Below, one piece after another: positions 1-64,000 of a stretch of 64,000 nt of DNA. A program made the position numbers and the translations under genes. Source of the DNA: Bugula neritina (Eukaryota > Animalia > Bryozoa); assembly GCA_964035545.1 (NCBI GenBank), contig OZ037769.1, positions 4,879,929 through 4,943,928 of the forward strand, written 5' to 3'. Each line of letters begins with the position of its first letter. The stretch's first letter is position 1. The notes under the pieces were generated by a model. It searched no databases. It was not told the origin of the DNA and was given only the letters and a program-made list of their open reading frames with translations.

Positions 1-183
1 TATAAATGTCATGCAGAATAGGTCTGATGGGAAATGATGAGTTTGGCGTTCAAGAAATACTAATAAAGAAAACTTTTTTCAATAACATGAAAATAACTCA
101 TCATCGACAGTTGGTTATTGATTTGAGTGCAATGTTGAATCTCACAAACTAGCACAAATCACTTCAACTGAAAGGTTATGTAG

Positions 184-5080
<4,897 letters not shown>

Positions 5081-5174
5081 GCCCTGCTTTTGCCCTTTCT
5101 AAACTATAAATTCGGCTGATTGAGTCTTAGACAAAGATTCTCAGCTTTAGTTTAGAAAAGGGCATTAGCGGGGC
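5081..5174 (+). promoter_or_regulatory. Long 3'UTR stem-loop starting 6 nt after the Sec UGA (candidate Sec-redefinition-element-like structure)
   Basis: Hand-folded: gccctgct/agcggggc, tgcccttt-ctaaacta/tagtttag-a-aaagggca, ggctga/tcagct, gagtctt/aagattc, 5-nt loop; includes G-U pairs. Confidence 0.55.
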
Positions 5175-5226
5175 CTTTACACTCCCTCCCGCACTGTTTA
5201 TGCTGTGTGAATGTGGAGTTATCTCC

Positions 5227-5337
5227 CTGGGTCATGTTTCTCCTAAGATAATGTAATTATCTTTCCATGATGATGATTTTTGTAAACCAATATTATTGGC
5301 CGAAAGTTGTTTGAATTACCGAGAGATGTTGACCCAG
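5227..5337 (+). promoter_or_regulatory. SECIS element (form 2) of thioredoxin reductase
   Basis: ATGAT 5267-5271 / TGAA 5312-5315 core; 11-bp helix gatgatttttg:cgaaagttgtt; unpaired AAA 5284-5286; apical mini-helix ccaat/attgg; lower stem ctgggtca/tgacccag. Confidence 0.9.
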
Positions 5338-5540
5338 TTATAGTTTTAAATTGCTTGCCAAAGTTTTAGCTGTTTGTTCTGTACTACTCATGTTGATGGT
5401 TGGGGCATTTACTGAATTGTATTATACTATGTTGATTCGTTTATTATTTCATTTTTTGATAATTTTTGTTTTAGTTCGTCTGACTATAATACTGTTTGTG
5501 TCATTTTTGTATTGCACATTCTTCTCAACATTCTTATAAC

Positions 5541-5546
5541 AATAAA
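5541..5546 (+). promoter_or_regulatory. Probable polyadenylation signal of thioredoxin reductase
   Basis: First AATAAA downstream of the SECIS, followed by GT-rich sequence (atgttgcgttgttt). Confidence 0.55.
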
Positions 5547-6096
5547 CACTGTATCCATCCATATGTTGCGTTGTTTCAAGTTTGTAGATGGTGGCACAGT
5601 AGATGTACACAGTTTGCTATAGCATTTGTATATGATGCTGCATTAGATGCTGATAGTTTGCTAATGAGTTTGTAGACAGTTCTACAGTATAAGTATTGCT
5701 TATTTTGTTTGGAATGCCAACTGCCTTATAGATGAAAATCAGGCTCGCAGTGAATTCCCTTATCAGCAGTTTTTGTGTAGAAAGTAGGACATTGCAGATA
5801 CTTTGAGCTCATAATACATCTATATAGGTTATACCAATAAATAATGCATAAAGTACAGGTATTCATAATTGTTTAACTATACAGAGTGAATATGAAAGAT
5901 AATTGTATATTCTACAGAGTTCTGTAGGTCTTGATTTAGATACTGCAACATATTTTTACCACCAAAACACAAGTGTAGTGGCTCTCAGTGTTGAAGTTAG
6001 TGACATAAAAATTGTGTGTTCAGAGAGTTTATAGAAGAGATACAAAAAATATGGGAAGCAAAATTATATTTCTATCAAAGCATATAGTATATTTAC

Positions 6097-6187
6097 TTTA
6101 TATATTAAAGTATATATATATATATATTAAAGTATATATATATATATATATATATATTAAAGTATATATATATATATATATATTAAA

Positions 6188-6274
<87 letters not shown>
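6097..6274. repeat. (TA)n microsatellite interrupted by TTAAAG
   Basis: Direct reading. Confidence 0.95.
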
Positions 6275-6276
<2 letters not shown>

Positions 6277-6990
6277 TTTCTTCGCTGCATTATTATGCCT
6301 CAGATTTTTAGTAATACCATTTATAAAATGGGGTTGGACAAAACTGGAATCATCTTTATATTGATAACAGCTATAAGCCCTATAGCTACAAAATGTATAA
6401 GTTGTATATGATATAACACTGTATAGACTGTAGATGTAACAGCTAATGTTTGGCATTAATGTGAAGAATATTATTAGTCAGTGATGCAATTAACTGAATT
6501 AATTGTAGTAATTAATAATTATTTATTGAGCAGCTCACTTACTATTGGATAATAAATAGAAGTTATAGTTCTATATGGCTGTTTATCTAGTACGTCTGGT
6601 TCTATTCTTTATTGTAGTTCAGACAAATGATATCTATAAATAAGCACTACATAATAATATATACCTATCCAATAACTCCAGCTAAATGTAGGTCAATATT
6701 ATCCATAATACAACAGTGACTTACAAGAAGAAGAACTAGTACCTTAATAAATTTATGAAAACTATGTAGCAATTTTTTGGCATATTATACCTATATGATG
6801 GAAGAAATGAATAATTTTATCCTTTTACTTTAAAATGCAATATAATGTATTTTAGTGAATAGATAGTTTATTGTTATATAATATCTCATTGGTTACCACA
6901 AATTATTGTATTAAGCATGAATAATATTTTATGACTTGGTTTATATAATATGATTTATTGTTTTAATTGTTGCAAAATGGCAATGTAATT

Positions 6991-7037
6991 GATATTGTAC
7001 TATATACTCTAGTCACTAGAGTATATAGTACAATATC
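6991..7037. repeat. Perfect 47-bp palindrome (23-bp arms, 1-nt spacer)
   Basis: gatattgtactatatactctagt-c-actagagtatatagtacaatatc. Confidence 0.9.
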
Positions 7038-9697
7038 TACTAGAGTCTAGTGTCTACTGTAGGGGACACTGAGGTAAATATTGTACGTACTACATCGTGT
7101 ATATTATATGCTACAATAGATAATGTAGTACGTGACACTGTAGTTGGAGCTGTTGTGGGCATCGTGGTAGATATTGTAGTGGATATTGTAGTACACTGTT
7201 GAATTCTGTAACATCTACAGTAGTATTTACTACAGTAGATGTTACAGTAGGTTCTATAGTGAACATTTTTTGGGATGCAAAAAAATGCACTACCCACATG
7301 TGAGCATTAAAAGTTACGATTGAGTATTAAATATTAGCTATCCTGCATTTATAACAGATACAATATGCTATATAGGCTGTTATATATGAGCTAATTTATA
7401 TCCTTGTCTGTTATTACAGCCATAAAATATAAAGAGCAGCTAAAATAAATATAGGCATTGATGTTGCTCAGCGGGGGAGCCAGAAATATATCATAATATC
7501 TTCCCAACAATGCATTCCAATAAAGCATTGAGCTCTATCTCACTGCCTATTGCACTGTATATATAGCTGGTAGTTACATTTATTGTTTGGGATGAACTGT
7601 TTTACCTATAACTGATGGAGTTTGCAATTATAAAAGAAATTTTTAAATGCAAATAGGCTTAATAGCAATTAGTTATTATATAAATGTGTACATGTAAATC
7701 AGTATCCCAAACTGCCATACAAATATGCTACATCACACACTTGCATTTTCTATTTATTAATAGGAAATTTACATGCAGTGCAGGCTTTATAAGTGGGGCT
7801 TTTATAAATGATACTTTATGTCTGAGCACATACAACACTGATATGCATTATTTATGTATTATATTGTACGTTTACGATGTAGATATGCACTTACAAGGCT
7901 ACAAGCAGCAGAAATATTTGAGAGTCATCATTTGTCTATCAGATGTACAATGAAGTATTAGCAACAATACATGATTTTTCCAACATATATAGTACTGGGT
8001 ATTTAATTGCCAATCACCCAGTTTTATAATACATAAAGTGTAGACCAATTTCCTACAGGTTGTAGTTACTTGGGCTATGTTGTTATTGAGCATTTGTACA
8101 GTATAGATTAATGATAGTTGATTGTAATATAACTATGAGTGTAGATTAATATCCTTATGGAGCTGGTCTAAGAACTCTTTGTACAGTGATACACAATTAG
8201 TATATAGAAAGAAACTTACTAGTCTATAAGGAAACTCTTAGCTAGCTCCTTCTTTAGCTTGGTACAAGAATTTGTATTTCAGGTAAGATTAATATTCTCA
8301 TTTTTGTGTAATTTCTTTTATCGCCACATAATTTTTACATATTTCAACCAAAAGACATAAATTAATTACAAAAAAGTACAATTTTATATTATATTTGTTT
8401 ATCATAAGCTTTAATTTTATCAAAAAAAGAGGTATGCATAATGCTTCAGATAAAGATTAATTATTGGAAGAGGTACCTTGTAGATTATATTTCCCATTAA
8501 TGTGCAAGACAATAATTGTATAGCTTATTTCTATGATATGTACAGAAAATATAAGCAGGAGAGTTTCAATGCTGTTAACTTGTTTAGTAATACTTTTCAT
8601 TACAACTTCTAAGACTGTCATAATGCACAGATGACTTTAACTTACTTAAACATTAGTTTGTGGAAGAGAGCAAAAGTAAACTAAGCTGTCAGCTATAGGA
8701 CTTTGTGAATATTTTCCCAATTCTTTATAATAAATGAGAGTAAATAAATTCAAGAGATACAAATTCTGGAATCCATAATTTATTAAATAGATGTCTACAG
8801 ATAAAATCCCTTCTCCTGCTAATTGCAATGACCTTATGATCTTAATTATATTATATGTGTTATGCAGTTAATAGTAATTAATTATAATAGTTTATTATCT
8901 TTAAATGTTCACTATAATATTATATAATCTAAGACAGTTAGAGTCATCCCCCTATGAGATATGAATCAATAGCTGATGGTAGGTATAATGTTGAGTTGTC
9001 AGAACATGCAAGGGTTTCGAATGGGGATGGGTGGAGAATGGAGATGAAGATGATAAACTTCATGTAGGAAGTAGGTTGTAATGCCTATAGGATAATTGCT
9101 AATTCTACTGTGACATGCCAGGAGAATTGAAGATTTACCTAGTAAAGATGGCAATTCTCCTAGCAATAAGGCCAAAGTGTCTTAGAAGAGATGCCAATTG
9201 CAATCTCTCCTAGGAAAGGTGTCTATTGGAAACTCAGCTAGGAGAATAGCCTATTTTACTAGTAGAGATTGCATTACAATTGCAGTTGAATACTGATTTA
9301 AGAGTATGAGCTTGTATACCATCAGTTAACTGGTGTCTGAGCATTGGTCTACTCGCACCTTTTTCATATTTTCATAGAGTTAAAATCAAGATTCACACTG
9401 GTAAAAAAGCACCTAAAACTTAAATTGTTTTCAAAACGCAGACATAAACCTGTATTAAAATTTAGAATTAGTAATTATAGTACACTTCAACAGCTGCAAT
9501 ATAAACATCCTGTAGTAAAATTTGCAAATCTTTCACATATTGGCTTTTTAAATGAATTATTTGTTACAGGAGCATTCTAAGTTGCTTGAATCGCGGTCGC
9601 ATTGTATTCCAAAGTTTGAACCAAATCTTTTACTTTTTGCTAACAGCTAATGCATGAGATGAGAAAGCTGTCATGTTGAAATACACAGTGCAGTTGA

Positions 9698-10020
9698 ACA
9701 CGGTGCGTATTTTCGCATGCGAAAATTAAAATCACATGTAGCAAAGGTGTCCACTGTATGTGTTGAGAAAACCTTCGCACTTGTCGCTCTGCATTTTCAA
9801 CGCAAGTGCGAATCGTCTCTGTCGTCGTCACCTAATTGGCTGGTAGCTATTCAGCGAGCCCAATTTCTTTATTTAGTGCTATATTCCAGTAAATTGCGTT
9901 TTATTGAAAGCGAGTGCGATTTAAAAATGAAAGCTTTATTTATCACGCATCACTGACGCTACAGTGGACACCTTTGCTACCCGTGATTTTAATTTTCGCA
10001 TGCGAAAATACGCACAGTGT
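9698..10020. mobile_element. MITE-like non-autonomous DNA transposon with ~60-bp inverted repeats
   Basis: acacggtgcgtattttcgcatgcgaaaattaaaatcacatgtagcaaaggtgtccactgta ... tacagtggacacctttgctacccgtgattttaattttcgcatgcgaaaatacgcacagtgt; no clear TSD. Confidence 0.75.
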
Positions 10021-11045
10021 GGCCCTAGGCTAATACAGGCACTGGATAGAACATGAGGCAAAATTGTTCAAAATAATCAAAAGACAAACAGGTGCAGCTC
10101 TAGTTGAGGTGCTTCTTTGTTGGCCACAGTGTGACCTCAAGCTAAATCATCGCAAATAGTCAACACCCACAGAGCAATTATGTGAAAGAACTAAGGTTAC
10201 ATTGGGAGATAATTTTAGGAGTTTTTTTAAAAGGAGAATACGACCTTATTTATCTAAATGTGCTTCACTATACATGTATTTGCTCAACACTATATTATAG
10301 TGCCAAGTACATTTAGTCTTTATAAAATATATAGTGTAGAGTGTATAATATAGTGTGTGCAGTTTATAGTGTAGAGTACCTAAAGTATATAGAGTATACA
10401 ATGTATAATGTGTATATATAGTATATAATGTAGTGTAGACTGCAGAGTATACATTGTGGAGTATATATAATTTAGCGTTCGGTATATAGTACATTATATG
10501 GTTTAAAGTGTACAATGAAGTTTATTAATATAGAGTAAATTATATAGTGTAGAGTACCTATAGTGTAAAGTATACAAACATAGCCGAACTCTTTTAAATG
10601 TCATCAAACCGCCATATAGTATTGAAATTTTAATGAAGAAAGGTTTAAAAACGAAGATAAGATGAATTAGCAAGATTTGTTAAATTTTAGTTTGAAATAT
10701 TTATTTGGGATGAAAATAGACTAAATAAAAGCAAATAAAATATTTCACATGCATATAATATATTCCGGCAAGCACTTCAGTCATTTTAGCTCAAAAACCA
10801 AACACTGCAATACAATCTAGTTTATGGCAATTTGAAAATCTAAATGTGACGCATTTCACTTTCCTTCAATAAAAGCTTTATTTATAAAAAAATGTTTTAA
10901 AATTACAGTACTTGCTCTAAGCATTTGAAATATAAAACATAAAATTAATATAATACATATAATAATAACTATATTTTGATTATATATCATGTACTAATTC
11001 ATTAATTGCTCTATCTATATTCCCACAGATTGGTAACACAAAAAG

Positions 11046-63828
<52,783 letters not shown>

Positions 63829-64000
63829 GTAGGCTTAATATATTTTATAATTTTTTTGTGCGAAATTAACCTTTTATTCAAATTTTGGTTATGAAATTTA
63901 AAAAATTTTAGTCTGGTAATATTTTTTTAGAATTTAGTGTTACAAGAGATTCTGTTTTAAAATAGTGAAAAGAATTATTTTGCTACTTAGTACTAAAACT

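Noticed and set aside
6012-6456. YIYI-rich ORFs (also 19840-20444)
   Set aside because: Translations of (TA)n microsatellites
8201-8290. Possible TATA box and non-coding first exon of twitchin (tatataga...ag|gtaaga)
   Set aside because: Plausible, since exon 1 has an acceptor, but such motifs are frequent in AT-rich DNA; needs CAGE/5'RACE
5081-11045. Functional coupling (operon or read-through) of TrxR and twitchin
   Set aside because: TrxR has its own poly(A) signal and 5.5 kb of repeat-containing spacer follows; adjacency alone is not evidence

Overview
AT-rich animal genomic DNA, probably a lophotrochozoan invertebrate judging by the twitchin domain order. It has GT-AG introns throughout and is not prokaryotic. 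(1) 239-5080 (+): the last 9 coding exons of a high-Mr thioredoxin reductase (TXNRD1/3-type). It is a selenoprotein ending in ...TAC-UGA(Sec)-G-stop, with a form-2 SECIS (5227-5337) and a 94-nt G-U-rich hairpin that starts exactly 6 nt after the UGA. (2) 11046 to beyond the window end (+): 57 exons of a twitchin/unc-22-like giant muscle protein with 13 Ig and 13 Fn3 domains in view. It has an unusually short 2-Ig N-terminus and a micro-exon-built DFRxxL/DWxxLKH linker. (3) Nested in two twitchin introns are five identical tRNA-Asn(GTT) genes and one degenerate copy, with visible footprints of how some were duplicated. (4) Transposons and repeats: a 3.7-kb fold-back Sola2-like element with a 4-bp TSD, a hAT/Charlie MITE with an 8-bp TSD, several palindromic MITEs, tRNA-derived SINE remnants, and many minisatellites that sit against exons and often copy the splice site. 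All exon calls were made by hand-translation and splice-phase matching. No database searches were run.
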